Source: Chara braunii (taxonomy: Eukaryota; Plantae; Charophyceae). Taken from it: a DNA stretch of 63,442 nt. The first letter of the stretch is position 1. Every line of letters starts with the position of its first letter. A program made the translations under genes and the position numbers. Under the pieces are notes generated by a model. The model was not told where the DNA came from. It worked only from the letters and a program-made list of their open reading frames with translations, and ran no database searches. Below, one piece after another: positions 14,659-27,199 of this stretch. The stretch covers positions 6,571,859 through 6,635,300 of the forward strand of contig BFEA01000015.1 in assembly GCA_003427395.1 (NCBI GenBank), in the 5' to 3' direction.

Positions 14659-15075
14659 CACAGTGGTTGATGGAGATGTTGTGAAGCTTTCAAGCAGGCG
14701 CTCAGTTGTTCAGTCAGTCCTGTGAGATTAACTTAAGCGATCGTCGACTGCTTCGGCATCTACCAACTTTGTACCCTTTAGAATTTTCTGTGTGCTATTG
14801 TGGATTTATCTATTACAGTGGTATTTTCTTAGCTCTTTGTGCTGCGAAGTGCTTAGCATCCTGTCACACAGTGGTTGATGGAGATGTTGTGAAGCTTTCA
14901 AGCAGGCGCTCAGTTGTTCAGTCAGTCCTGTGAGATTAACTAAGCGATCGTCGACTGCTTCGGCATCTACCAACTTTGTACCCTTTAGAATCTTCTGTGT
15001 GCTATTGTGGATTTATCTATTACAGTGGTATTTTCTTAGCTCTTTGTGCTGCGAAGTGCTTAGCATCCTGTCACA
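14659..15075 (+). repeat. ~208-bp near-perfect tandem duplication
   Basis: cacagtggttgatggagatg starts at 14659 and 14867, with CACA microhomology at the junction. Confidence 0.9.
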
Positions 15076-17799
15076 TGCCCTGTTTTTTGTATGTAAATGG
15101 TCTTGCAGGTGAGAGCCAATGGTAAGACCGTAAAAGTCAATCAGTTATAGTTTGATATCCTTGTGCGCCTGGGAGCCAACACTAGCCCCTTCTCACCCCC
15201 ACACTAAAGAGGATGGTATACCTCTGTGTGTATGATGAACCTATGCCGTACGGTTAAACCTGGCTCCTCCCTAGAGCGGGTCTGCATCACCATCCCTTGA
15301 GGAAGAATCCTCCCTCCCTTGGTGTGTACGATAATCCTGTTTCTTACGTCACCTAGATTATATCTAAGCTTTTGATGATTTTCCCTAGTAAAAAAGGAAA
15401 ACAATACGGCATGAAGCTCATAATAATCTGTGAGGCTCGACAACCCACGGATTTCATTATTTGAGACGTTGCACCAACACCTCCCTCTTAGGGGCAGTAC
15501 CTGATCGGGGGGAAGTTTGGCCACTGCCGCTCAGTACCCCACAAAAGAATACTCGGCTGGAGAGTAATGCTACGGCTTCTCCGATCTGATCAACCACAGG
15601 GACGGCTCCAATCCCGCTGGAAGACTATGAATTGCAACCTCCGTTTTCCGGGGCATTTACTGCCCGGAGAGAAATGTCATCCATGAGGCAGTGGAGCACC
15701 AAATACTTTCCTCTAGTGAATCAGTGGTGCAACATGCCGCCTTGTTTTCATGTGAAATATTTTCCAATGTTAGGTCCAGAACTTTTGGTAAGGGCCTGTG
15801 CTACACGCAATTGGTTCTGGCTCATAAAACCACAAGGTCTCTATTGCCATACCTTGATGAAGAATCGACTCTAGGTATCCAGTGATTTGATAGAGTTATG
15901 GGGTGGTTGGCGAAACCACCACAACAAAACAAGCAACTTAATATACTTACGTATGCACTCGTCCACACGTACCTCCCCACCATGGGGAGTAAGTTACAGA
16001 CGAGTGGTTGAAATAGTGAAAAGTAGCAAGCGTTGGATTTCTTAGCTGCATTGTTTCAGAAATCTGTTCTGAGATTTGCAGAGCTGCAATGACCTTGCAA
16101 TTCACAACAGCATAAAGCTCTGCTGGGTGACCTACAGCTTCTGGGCGGAGGCTGAGCGATATTTTTAAGCATTTTGCTTTGCTTTCTATGTGCTAGGTGT
16201 GCATGGCATTTTAATTTCTCAATCTTGATTGAAATGTATCGGGTTGGGTTCAAACTTCAAAATCCAACACAGAAACGCGTTTCTGATGTCCGTGTCAAGA
16301 CTGGTCGATAGAAACAGGTATTTACTGTCCGAGAGTTTGTCTAATGCTCCATCAGAAGAACTTTCAGTCCATATCTCACTAACAGACCTTCAGTCTCTGT
16401 CAAATACAGCTTGTCTGAGTCTTGCAAAAACCCCGACAGCGTCAGAGAATGGGTAGAATTGGAATTGGGAAACATTTATGGGTTGTAGCTTTGGGCCAGA
16501 GCAAAGTTCTATACTCGAATGTGGGCTTGAAGGCCTTGAAACAGTCCTGAGAGAGTGCTTCACATCAGGCAGCCTGGGTTCAAGGGTCAAATCGAGGTGT
16601 CCAGGTCCTCTAGAAGTCAATGTAGGCCATATGAAATTAATGGTCAGGTCCTACCCAGGTACAGAGGTCGAAGAGTCAACGAGTTCTCACGTTTCAACCT
16701 TGGCCACATATTGCACACAATCCAAAGGCTCTGCAACAGTTTCTTGAAGTTTCTAAGGCTGACTGGGTCAAGGCGCACACTGGCGGCAACAAATTCTTGG
16801 CCGAACCACCCCAGGAGGCAACCTGAGGCAGGCCATGCCCCGGCTCGTTCCTTTATTCTGCCTTTGCTCTCCTGGTGTGCTGCTGTGAGCCCGTGCACTA
16901 GCACTGCACACACACACACACACACACAAAGAGAGAGAGAGAGTGGGAGGCTTCCATAGCTAGAGTGAGAGAGTGGTAGCCATAGCCAGTAGGAGGTGCT
17001 GATGCACCATAGATGAGAGTGCAGCAAGAGGAGCGAAATGTGGTAGAGTCCAAGGCTTGGAGGAGAGAAAGCTTACGTGGAGAGTCCTTGACATAGCAAT
17101 TGTAGAAGATGAACCCCGTGGTTGCGACATTCATCTCTCAAGACTTCAAAAGGAGTGAGACTGACATTCATCTCTCAAGACTTCAATCTGTTGGTCGTTG
17201 TGCTACAGAGAGAGTGGTGCCGTTGCTGGTAAGGTTGACGGATAAGAAGGGAAAGTCATCATAGCTTCAGTATGGCAATGTGGTTGTGAATGAGGAAGGA
17301 AACTCCATGCTGCTGAAGATGGGTCGGCAAGAAGTCCGAGGAAGCTTATTTGTTGGGTGGTGGCCATAGCTACCCAAAGAAACAGACTTCAAACGGAGTG
17401 AGACTGACATTAATCTCTCAAGACTTCAATCTATTGGTCGTTGTGCTACAGAGAGAGTGGTGCCGTTGCTGGTAAGGTTGACGGATACGAGGGGATACAT
17501 TGTGGCTGGGGGGGGAGAGTACGATTCGTGAGCAAGAGGAGGGAGGAGCAACGTGAACATTGTGCTATTGTTTATATGTATATCTAGGACTGTATGATAT
17601 TATAGCGCAAGTACACGCAGACCACATGGGTTATCTGCAAATGACTGACCAGCAAACAACCTAGGACATTCTGGGCTAGCAACACCATCTGGGTGATGTG
17701 CAAATTGTTGGCCAGCGTCAAGCACACGAGACTGAGATCCTTGCCAATCTCAGTGGTCTGACTGCGACTAATACCCGTTTTCACATTCTCCACCTCCTG

Positions 17800-18150
17800 T
17801 TTTATAGACCGTCGGACTTCCTTGCAATTGCGCTTAAGCTTGATACTAATCTTCTGCGCCGATGGCCAGGATTGTAATTATACCAGGGTAAAGAAGCTTT
17901 ACCGTGTTGTCCTACAAGTAGCAATGAGGGACCGCCAACTTGAACTACGAAATGCTCAAGCAGGTGGGTGGTTTAATCCTACATCCCACATCTCTGCCTG
18001 TATTGTGCACGGACGTGGCCATTACATGGCCATTGTGCATGCCGCTGACCACTGGGAGCTATGGGACAACGACATCATGGTCCATGACATGACTGATGTT
18101 ACTGATTTCTTACATAATGATGCTGTTTTCTTGACGCACCAAACTGTCCG
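17800..18150 (+). pseudogene. remnant of a ubiquitin-specific protease (peptidase C19)-like His-box region
   Basis: ACIVHGRGHYMAIVHAADHWELWDNDIMV fits the His box (H.G..GHY...W..xD). An upstream RPSDFLAIALKL lies in another frame. Stops and frameshifts are present and no Cys box was seen. Confidence 0.5.
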
Positions 18151-18229
18151 CAATCTTCTTTTGTTGAATATCATCCATCTGGCCCCATGCGGCAGCAGGT
18201 CGATGTACCAACATTCTGCAACCTTCTCC

Positions 18230-18830
18230 TTCGCACAACTAGGAACACTGTTGCACTCGGCTGTAGCTGCCATCGTCTCTGTCACAATCACTGTAGTGGC
18301 ATGGTTTCTGCATCCACGTGTGTAGAGGACTGTCCCTCCGTTCCTGACTGTGGCAGCCTCCGCATCCAGACACACACTATCCATTTTGCGGCCATGGGCG
18401 CTATATTGAATGCATGGTCTTGTGTGGTGACCGTTCTTGCTTCATTTGGCCTGCAACAGACATGCCAATTGTCCGGGGTGTATGGTGGACATGCTCAATG
18501 CCAGCCGTCATGGCAATTGTTGTACTGAGAATGCTCAACCAAGTCTTCCATGTTTTAATCCACCTAATCCTGACAATCCACGTACTCTCTGTCGTCAAGG
18601 ACAGATTGATTCTTGAGCCTTTTGTTATCCTCTCCTTTGCCTCCATCTTTATTCCACACTCCTTACTGTCCCTTCCTTTGCCGTTCTTTGTTTTGTCTTT
18701 TCCCCATCTCTCTTCACTGTGTTTATCCCCTCCCCCTTTAGTCTGCCTCTTTCTTACAGCATACAAGTGGGCTGTTATGGCACACAGGGATGTGGGCAGC
18801 TCATGCTCAACTTCATCGATGTGGCGAGCA
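18230..18830. repeat. dispersed old repeat family, unclassified
   Basis: Homologous to 2460-3045. Shorter pieces at ~4005-4195 and ~5540-5665 share motifs such as tgagaatgct...ttccatgt and atggcacac.ggga.tgt...cgatgtggcgag. Confidence 0.7.
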
Positions 18831-20486
18831 CGGTGAAGGGGCAGTTAAAAGAACAATTGAAAAAATGCATGCTTTCAGTGTGCTGTTCAGGTTTGTCTTA
18901 TGTTTTATTCTTCTCCAGGTTTTATCGTTTGTTCTGCGAGGTGCACTCTTTCAGTTCATAGATATGTGGCAATATATATTTATGACATGTTCATCCTTTT
19001 GCTCTTCTTCTCACACACTCTTGTTGTTTATTGCTATCTTTTTTTTTTTTGGTTATCTTTTATTTCAGTTGTTATCATCAATATGATCCGCAGGCCCGCA
19101 GGGGTTCATGTGTGATTGACTGTGAGCTTTTGAATTCAAGTTCATTGCATTGATGTTGTGTTCTGCACTTTTGTGTCTTTTTACCTTGCACTGTCAAAGA
19201 AATCATTGCCAAGTTTGGAGACTTTCTGGAACGTTACGTCGACTGAAACATTCTTTTTTCAAAATACAACGAACTCTAGGGAAATTTGAGCACAGTCTCA
19301 TCTGGCCCATAGCCCCAGCCAACTCTCAAGGACCCACCTGCTAGAAAGGCTTAGGTCCAGCTACTGCAGCTCCATTTCAGTACCCTAATCTGGAAGCAGC
19401 CCCCGTATCTCCCTTAGGCTTACGGTCCAACCCTCAAGGCTCAGCTGCCAACCCCAGCAGCCTGAGTACGTCTAGCCAGATCGCTCCTGCAATTGGAGTA
19501 GGATCTCAGGCTGCTTCAGTCTTTCCAGCTGGCCCTCAAGGGTCAGCTGCAGTGGTAGACATGTTGGAGTGGGAGTCGGACACCATGCTGGTTCAGTCTT
19601 TTAGCACATTCTTGATGTAGGGGGATCCCCTTGTATAGCATACGAGTCCACCTATTCAACATGTTCGGGCGTACTCGATTCATGCAGCTTTGGCCCAAGT
19701 GAGGCTAAGGAGGGGACCCCTTTATGGCCTAGAAAAGCAAGGAGAGAGGTATAATAGTGCCAGGAGTCATCGAGGAGACTGGTTGAGCACAGAAATGATG
19801 GCACCAGTTGAGCAGATTATATGTGGGGAGAAGGGAAGAGGATTAACGCTATGGAGGTTCAAGGACCGTGGATTTTTTTGACTCGCAAGAACCAAGTGGT
19901 CTTATGCTTCAAATAAGGTGTGGAAGGGCAAGGAGAGAGTGATACCGGTGCTAAAGGAGGCATGTGGTGTACAGTGATCATCGCACCACTTGAGCGAAAT
20001 TGTAGCTAGAGGAGTGGGGGAAAACGATTATGACTCTAGAGATTGGAGGAAGATAGTTTGGGCTCACGAGAACCAAGTGAGTGATTTTTTTGATTGCTGG
20101 TGTCAAGATTATGGTTCTGCGGAAGGATTAACGTGGACTTCAACTGTATGCCAGTATCAACTATTGTTGGAGTAATTGCTGAGAGACAGTCGGAGTGAGC
20201 CGTGAGAAGATGTCCTCAAGAAGTTGTCTGCTGCATCAGTTTGAATTGCCTGCATAGGCATGAGTATTCTTTTCTCTGGCTAAAATTGGAGGTCCATTGA
20301 AGAGTCCTTTCCAAAAGGGTTAGCTAAAATTGGAGGTCCAATTATGCCAGTTCCTAGTTACTCCCCTCCCNNNNNNNNNNNNNNNNNNNNNNNNNNNNNN
20401 NNNNNNNNNNNNNNNNNNNNNNNNNNNNNNNNNNNNNNNNNNNNNNNNNNNNNNNNNNNNNNNNNNNNNNNNNNNNNNNNNNNNNN

Positions 20487-21907
20487 CCATTGACCTTTTT
20501 TTTTTCCCCTCGTCATCGCCCGACACAATCGGCAGCTCCTCCTCCCCCTCCCCCTCTCGGCTTCTTCTCCTCTCGTCTTCTTCTTCTTCTCTCCTCTTCA
20601 TTTTATCTTCTTTTCTCTCCTCCTCCTCCTCCTCCTGCTCCTCCATCGGCCTTTTCTTTTTTTCTCGTCATTGCCGTACACAACAGGCAGCTCCTCCTCC
20701 TCCTCATTCTTTTCTCCTCATCCTCGTCCTCCTACATCTTTTTTTTCAAGTCTGCCTCTTCTTTCTCCTCCTCCTTCCCCCCCCCCCTCTCCTCTCTTCT
20801 TCTTCTTCTTCCCCTCGTCCTCTCGTTTTCTACTTCCTCCTCCTTTCTTGATCTTCTTCTTCTTCCTCCTCCTTTCTTGATCTTCTTCTTCCTCCTCCTC
20901 CACCACCAGATCCTACCGCCCGCCTTCTCGCACATCCGCCAGCCATATTATTCGGTCCACCATATCCCGCTGCCCCCCATCTCCCATTCCTCTTTTTCCT
21001 TTTTTTCTGCCCAGAAAAAGGAATGGAAGCGGGCAGACTGCAGCTCTTCTTCTTCTTCTCTCCTCCTCCACCTACTTTCGTCTTCTCCTTCTCTCCTCCT
21101 CGTCCTCCTCCATCGTCCTCTTATTATTATTATTTTTTCCTGTCATCCCCATACACTACCAGCAAGTCCTCCTGCTTCTCCTCTCCTCCTCCTCCTCCTC
21201 CTCCTCCTCTCGTCTTCTTCTTCTCTCCTCCTCCTCCACCTACTTTCTTCTCCTTCTCTCCTCCTCCTCCTCGTCCTCCTCCATCGTCCTCTTATTATTT
21301 TATTTTTTTTCCCCCGTCATCCCCATACACTACCGGTAGGTCCTCCTCCTCCTCCTCCTACTCTCGTCTTCGTTTTCTTCTCTCCTCCTCCTCCTTGTCT
21401 TCTTCGTCTCCTCTCCTCCTTGTCCACCTACTGTTGTCATCTCCTTCTCTCCTCTTCGTCGTCCTCTTTTTTTTTCTTCCATCATCCCCATACACTACCA
21501 GCAGGTCCTCCTCCTCCTCCTCCCCCTCCTCATCTTCTTCTTTTCTCATCCTCTCGTCTTCTTCTTCTCTCCTCCTCCTTTTGTCTTGTCCTTCTTCCTC
21601 CTTTTGTCTTGTCCTTCTCTCCTCCTCCTCCTCCTCCCCGTTTTTTCTTCTCTCCTCCTCCTCTTTTCGCCTGTTTCGTTTTTCAAGTCTCCATCTTTTT
21701 TCTCCTCCTCCTTCCTTCCTCTTCCTCCTTTCATCGTCTTCTTCCCTTGTTGTCCTCCTCCATATTGTACCGCCCACCATCTGGCACATCCATCAAACCA
21801 CCCGCCATATTCTACTGCCCGCCATCTCCCGTTTGGTTTTTTGTTTTTCCTGCCCCAAAAAAAAGAACGAAAGCGGGCAGACAGCAGCTCCATTCACAAC
21901 CGCACGG

Positions 21908-21938
<31 letters not shown>

Positions 21939-22020
21939 CTTCTTCTTCTTCTTCTTCTTCTTCGTCTTCTTCTTCTTCTTCTTCTTCTTCTTCTTCTTCT
22001 TCTTCTTCTTCTTCTTGTCC
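20487..22020. repeat. (CCT/CTT)n low-complexity block with an internal repeat unit
   Basis: Pyrimidine triplet runs, a recurring catccccatacactacc unit, and (CTT)n at ~21909-22016. Confidence 0.9.
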
Positions 22021-23701
22021 CTCGTCCTTGCATCCTCTACTTCGATGGCATTATGACGGGCGGTGGCAGTGGCTTTGGCAGTGGGAGTGGCGGGTCTGGA
22101 ACGACATGAGGCAAAACGGGAGCAGAAAAAGGATAGGGAAAGCTGCAAGCACCTCCACTACACCCGCATTGACAGTGACCTCCAAAGACTCCTCGTTGTT
22201 CCTCGCTGTGTGTGTGTGAAAAAGAGAGACAGACAAAGACAGAGAGAGAGAGAGAGGGAGGGAGGGAGACAGACTTTAATACTCAAATCTCCCGCCATGT
22301 GACTTTGTTTCCGGGAGTGGTCGTCAACCTGTTTTTTATCAGTCTGCTTCTCATCGTTCTTTGTTTGGTTTTTCTTCTTCTTCCCCCTCCTCCTCTCCCC
22401 CCNNNNNNNNNNNNNNNNNNNNNNNNNNNNNNNNNNNCCCCGAAACAACAAGTTTCTCTGCGGATTTGGGTTCAGCGAAGCCCAACCCCATCTTCAAAAA
22501 ATAAATAAAAGAAAATCCCAGGAGGTTTTTTGGCTCGTCTTGTTTTGCCGGACGGACCCCCCCCGTGACCCGTCCGTCTGGACCGGCCGTTGGCCTAACC
22601 CAGTCAAATTGTACAATATGTTTGCACTCGCCATTGAATTATATGAATGGTTCAAAGGTCCGGGAAATTTTAGAATTGCAGGACTGTGCATGGAACGGTC
22701 AAGAAATTGTAACTGCAAAAGACTTGTAACGACATAAATTGTGATGACAGCACTTGGCGATTGAGAAGGCGCGATATAAAGGGAGAGAGGGAGGGAGGGG
22801 AAGAAGCGGGGAAGAAGAGGGAGGGAAGTTGACAAACGACGGAGAAGAATGTAGCTGTTGAAATTTTCTTCTTGCTGCAGAACCACAGCACAGTAGAAAT
22901 GATAGATTACATTTTATTCTGTAGTAAAAACAACACTCGTACAGCAGTCCGGCTCACCCTACCGGAAGGAGAAAAAATACATTCAATAATAGTCTGTTAA
23001 GGCCGGCGGAGTCTAGGCCGCTGCTTGGTGGGGACAACGTCTTTCCGTCGGCTGGATCACGATACTTCAGTAGGTGAGGTTTCCCTTTAGGCTGAGCTAG
23101 CTTTTTCTCTTGATTATTGTCTTTGAAAACTGCTCCAAGAACCCTTTTTTTTTTGTTCACGCTCAAAAAACTACCTCTTCGATCACTTAGCTTCTTCGAT
23201 GGTAATTAAACCCCAATTAAGAGCGACTGTTGTTTATCCCAACTTCTCATTCAGGCATGGAGAGATTGACGAAGTCACCCTTCCACCATTTACCATGGTG
23301 ATCAGGACTCTTCCACCATTTACCATGGCAGTCAGGAAGCATTGTGGTCTACTCCAGCTTAGGATTTTGTAATCACTGTAATAGTAATTCAACATCATTG
23401 AATGTCCAATGGTGAATGCTCTCCCTCTTGGGTCGCAACGCACTCGGTACGTTTGCAGCTGGGCAAGCTTTCCAGTTTAGGATTATGTAATCACTGTAAT
23501 AGTAATTCGTCATCATTCATAATCCGATGGTTAATGCTCTCCCCCAAAGGCTGCAAGTCACTCGGTATGTTCGTGGCTGGGCAAGCTTGGCCGGACAAAG
23601 GCGAGCAAATATGATACAAATGGGCATAAGTTGCATGAGGGGACAAACTGTCAGCTAAGACGAAAAGCAAAGCAAAGCCCATGATCGCGCGCTATCGCTC
23701 C

Positions 23702-23784
23702 ACTCCATCTCCGCCTTATGCGAAGATCAAGTGTAGTATCTGTTCTGCTCAATTTAATATGTGATCAGTGGTCCATCGGACCAT
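23702..23784 (+). pseudogene. U2: U2 snRNA 5' fragment (3'-truncated pseudogene)
   Basis: Exact AAGATCAAGTGTAGTATCTGTTCT (23723-23746), including the branch-site recognition sequence GTAGTA. Degenerate stem I and IIa (..tcaatttaatatgtgat..) and an intact stem IIb TGGTCC-atc-GGACCA. No recognisable 3' stems III/IV. Confidence 0.85.
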
Positions 23785-24442
23785 TTTATTATAATGACAA
23801 TAATAATTGTAATACTAATAAACAGTTGCTGGAAAGGAAACCACTCAAAAAATTAACTTTTTGAGTTTCAAAAAGTCATCGGCTGGTCCAACTTCCACAG
23901 GTTCTGTATCACCCTTTTCCATAGGGGCTCTCCCATGCAAAACTAATGACTAGACACAGGGTTTGGGAGATACTACCTGATGCATTTTTTGTTGCCAAGA
24001 CGAGCAGCTCTTTCAAGGGATCTCAGAAATAGGAGGTAAGTTGAAGTACCACCATCAAGTCATTTCTTGCACGTTATCCTTTCCTTGCTAGATCTAGAAG
24101 GATTTCCATTCGAATTGGACTCCTTTTAAACCACTGGCAGGTTTCGCAGACATTTTTCTCTGATGCAGCCATGTATGCTATGCGCCACGACCTTTGGTGC
24201 ACCGCCTACCGGATCGAAATGGCTGGTAGCACCAGCCAGAAAAGAAAATGTGCCAGTTCGTTCGTTTTTGGCGGAGGGTGTTTCGAGGCTCAAGGGTCAC
24301 AAATACTGGTGGGTTAAGATAATGTAGGACAGGGTGAAGGTGAGAGTATGTCAGGTCTTTATGCACGAGAAGGGTCACAAATACTGGTGGGTTAAGATAA
24401 TGTTAGGACAGGGTGCAGGTGAGGGTATGTCAGGTATTTATG

Positions 24443-24499
<57 letters not shown>

Positions 24500-24757
24500 C
24501 AGGCATAGTACGAGTACATGCAGCTTGAGCAGCAGGGGACATCATGGAGTCTGTACGCTTATGAGCTGTGGTTGTCATGTGAAGAAAACTAAATGTGGAT
24601 TCAAGATGAAGGTTCGCATTGCGAACTTGATGGTCTTAATACCCCGTTTGCTGAGGAAGTGTAGTGAACTGACATCAGCTGTGGACTGTTGGCGATTTGG
24701 GGCACCTCATTTGTATTGAAGGATTTGCATCTGTGCTGCTGAGATGTTTTTCATATC

Positions 24758-24827
24758 CAGTGACCTAGCGCAGTCGGTAAGGCACACTATTGGCATTCAA
24801 GAGGTATTGGGTCCAATCCCCATTCGC
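24758..24827 (+). mobile_element. tRNA-derived SINE head (degenerate)
   Basis: CCTAGCGCAGTCGGTAAGGCA (A box) and GGGTCCAATCCC (B box). Similar to the head of the 13876-14267 SINE. Confidence 0.6.
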
Positions 24828-25099
24828 CTTATGTTCCTTCCTGGGCAAGCTTGGCGCCAATCAGCTGGAGATGGGGACCATTGGTCCCGTCCAAGCGGCA
24901 TTCAGCAAAGACTCCTGATGTTTGCAGAGGGAGGGGACCGGAGGGGAGGCACAGCGGCTTGCCCGTCACAGAAGCACCGTCCTGATGCTACCGGCTGACC
25001 CTTGCAGGTATCGCCCACCTGCAGGTCGGGTAATGTTCCCTCGTTGGAGGCTTGAAATCGGGCTGGCTGCGACGGGGTTCCCCATAATACTGTAATCAT

Positions 25100-26052
25100 C
25101 TAGGCTACCAGATTGGTCCGGGACCACTTGCCCGGCTGGGCCAAAGAAAATGAAAAGATAAATTATAGAATAAAATAATAATAAATAATAATAATAAATT
25201 TGGTAAAGAATTTCAATGTGACCCTGAGGCAAAAGTAGTTCAGTTTATTTTTCTGCACAACAGAATTTTTTTTCAGAGTTTTTTTTTTTTGTGCTGGGAC
25301 CTTTTTTTGCGAGGATCTGGGTCCTCGGCAGGCCCATGGGGCCCTGTTTGCAGCATTACCCGCCCTAAGTGAAGGCGGAGGTGCCCGCCCTAAGTGAAGA
25401 AGGGCGCTGCTGAGGGCAGCGCCATAGGCCAGCCACCATATGGGGCCCTGTTTGCAGCATTACCCGCCCTAAGTGAAGGCGGTCGTGCAGGGAAGAAGGG
25501 TGCTGCTGAGGGCAGCGCCATAGCCCAGCCACCATAGCTGGTGGGCTTGGACTACAGTGAGGCGCAGGGGTGGTCTTCGGGTGAAACAGAGGACAGACGT
25601 GGGTGTAGTCAGGGGATAGGTGAAGGATGATGATGATGATGATGATGTGAGGGCACATACCTTGTATTGGCGATGGTCTGCATGGGCGACATCTTCCAGT
25701 ACTTCGGGCTGCCGCTGATGTCAACAGTTGCATTGTCATTTTGTAGTCTGTAGTAGCTGTGTAGGAGTAGGCTGGGCGCTGAGCGCCAAGTGAGAGTGTG
25801 AAGGAACTGGACTCTTGTGTTGAGAGGAGTATGCTCTCCATGAACATTGGTTTTCAGTGCTACGAACCTCCATTGGTGTATTATTGGTGCAATGCTGCGC
25901 TCTGGACACGGTGTGACTATCTGGCTTTCAATGTGATGGTGTGATCTGGAATTGTCATCTCGCTGTTGCTTATTTTCCTTGCATTTTTGTCGTTGCGCGG
26001 CCGGGCCGCCCCGGCGAACAAGGTAACCCGGGCGGCCCAGCTGGTAGCCTAG
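25100..26052. mobile_element. CTAG-bounded MITE-like element
   Basis: CTAGGCTACCAG at the left end and CTGGTAGCCTAG at the right end. The same end types recur throughout the window. Confidence 0.7.
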
Positions 26053-26532
26053 ATTATGATAATAAAAAAGGCCTGAAAGGCCGTCCTGTCCAGATTTGAC
26101 AGGTAATTGAATTGCTTGGGCTTAGAGGATATTTTTTTTGTCGACTTGCGGAAATCAGTCATTGATTATAAGCTTTCATAATAACTTCATTGTAACTTCA
26201 TACTAATAAATGTAATGGCTGCCATTTTTTGGCCTTTCGAAGTGAGTAAAGGCTCGTGACTCTTAGAGAAGCAGTGTAAACCCCTGCAGCACTGTGAGCT
26301 GGAAGACTGCGAGCAGATGGTTTTGAAAGCACATTTTTTAGTTGTGTTTTTTTATTTTCCTCTGCTCATGAGCACTACTTCCGTTTCCGCGTTCCTCACC
26401 AACCAAGCATGGCTCACACGCAAATGTTAAGCAACGGCAAATGTTTTTTTCCAGAGTTGGTGAAGAGTGGGGTTTTGCTCTCAGCAGTGAGGCTCACCTG
26501 TTGACATCTGTGGTGATTGGTTTATGTATCAG

Positions 26533-26633
26533 GTAACCTTCACGACTCTGGCAAAATCTGTACGCTCTGCGGGGAAGGGACTCATCGGGAGTGGCAATGC
26601 GTGAACTACAATCTTACTGGACATGAACCAAAG
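26533..26633 (+). CDS. SF1: SF1/BBP-like gene, internal exon: end of QUA2-like segment plus first CCHC zinc knuckle
   Basis: Bounded by cag| and |gtaaag. Translates (G)NLHDSGKICTLCGEGTHREWQCVNYNLTGHEPK, matching the SF1 pattern 'NGTLRD..CRLCGEPGHRQYAC'. Ends in phase 0, compatible with the next exon. Absent from the ORF track. Confidence 0.85.
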
Positions 26634-27127
26634 GTAAAGCAAGATCTAAATATTGAGAAATAGAATTGTGCTCTTCTCGATGCACACGGTTCTTGCCAAG
26701 TAGTGGATTTTCAGTCAGGATTCAGGTTTTTGAAGTTCTTCCTTAAGCCATTGTACTATTTTCAGTCTTCAGTTCTGGGCTTAGTATCTTCAGTCGAATA
26801 GAACGCCCGGTCATTATAGCTGGATTTGGGGCAACTTTCAATCCAGGTGCAGCGATAATGATCGGCCGTTCTATTCAGGTTAAGACGGTAGTTATTGGCT
26901 CTCAGTATTTTATCTGTTCTTGGTCACAGAGGGCTGACCTCTGTTAGTGTATGCATCCTCTGTGTTGTTCTCTTCCCTCCGCCCACTGTGGGCAACTTCC
27001 TAACACATACAGTTGTACCCGCTCTGCAATAAGTGAACCTGTAGTCCGCACACGAATTGTAATTTTGCAAAGAAACATCTGACAGACTTTCTTGATTTTG
27101 TCTGATGGGGGGTTGATTTGTTAACAG

Positions 27128-27199
27128 GTGCGGTGTGACGTCTGCCACAATGATGGGCATGCAACTGCAAACTGTCCTAATAAGAAACTTGCACGAAAG
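27128..27199 (+). CDS. SF1: SF1/BBP-like gene, internal exon: second CCHC zinc knuckle
   Basis: ttaacag|GTG...AAG|gtatgg, 72 nt. Translates VRCDVCHNDGHATANCPNKKLARK, resembling SF1 'VLCKICGDGGHPTIDCP'. Confidence 0.88.

Noticed and set aside
18440-18530. PHD-finger-like peptide on the minus strand (NNCHDGWH*ACPP..NW)
   Set aside because: Contains a stop, has incomplete Cys spacing, and is not conserved in the homologous copy near 2650-2740.
19560-20300. Possible L1 RT/thumb remnant on + (GIPL, YMWGEG)
   Set aside because: Motifs are too short and disrupted to support a call by eye.
20490-22219. Long ORFs of 539 aa and 398 aa, and similar ORFs at 36608-37595 and 62720-63343
   Set aside because: They are open only because (CCT/CTT)n tracts lack stop codons. 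The poly-L/S/P/E products have no domain.
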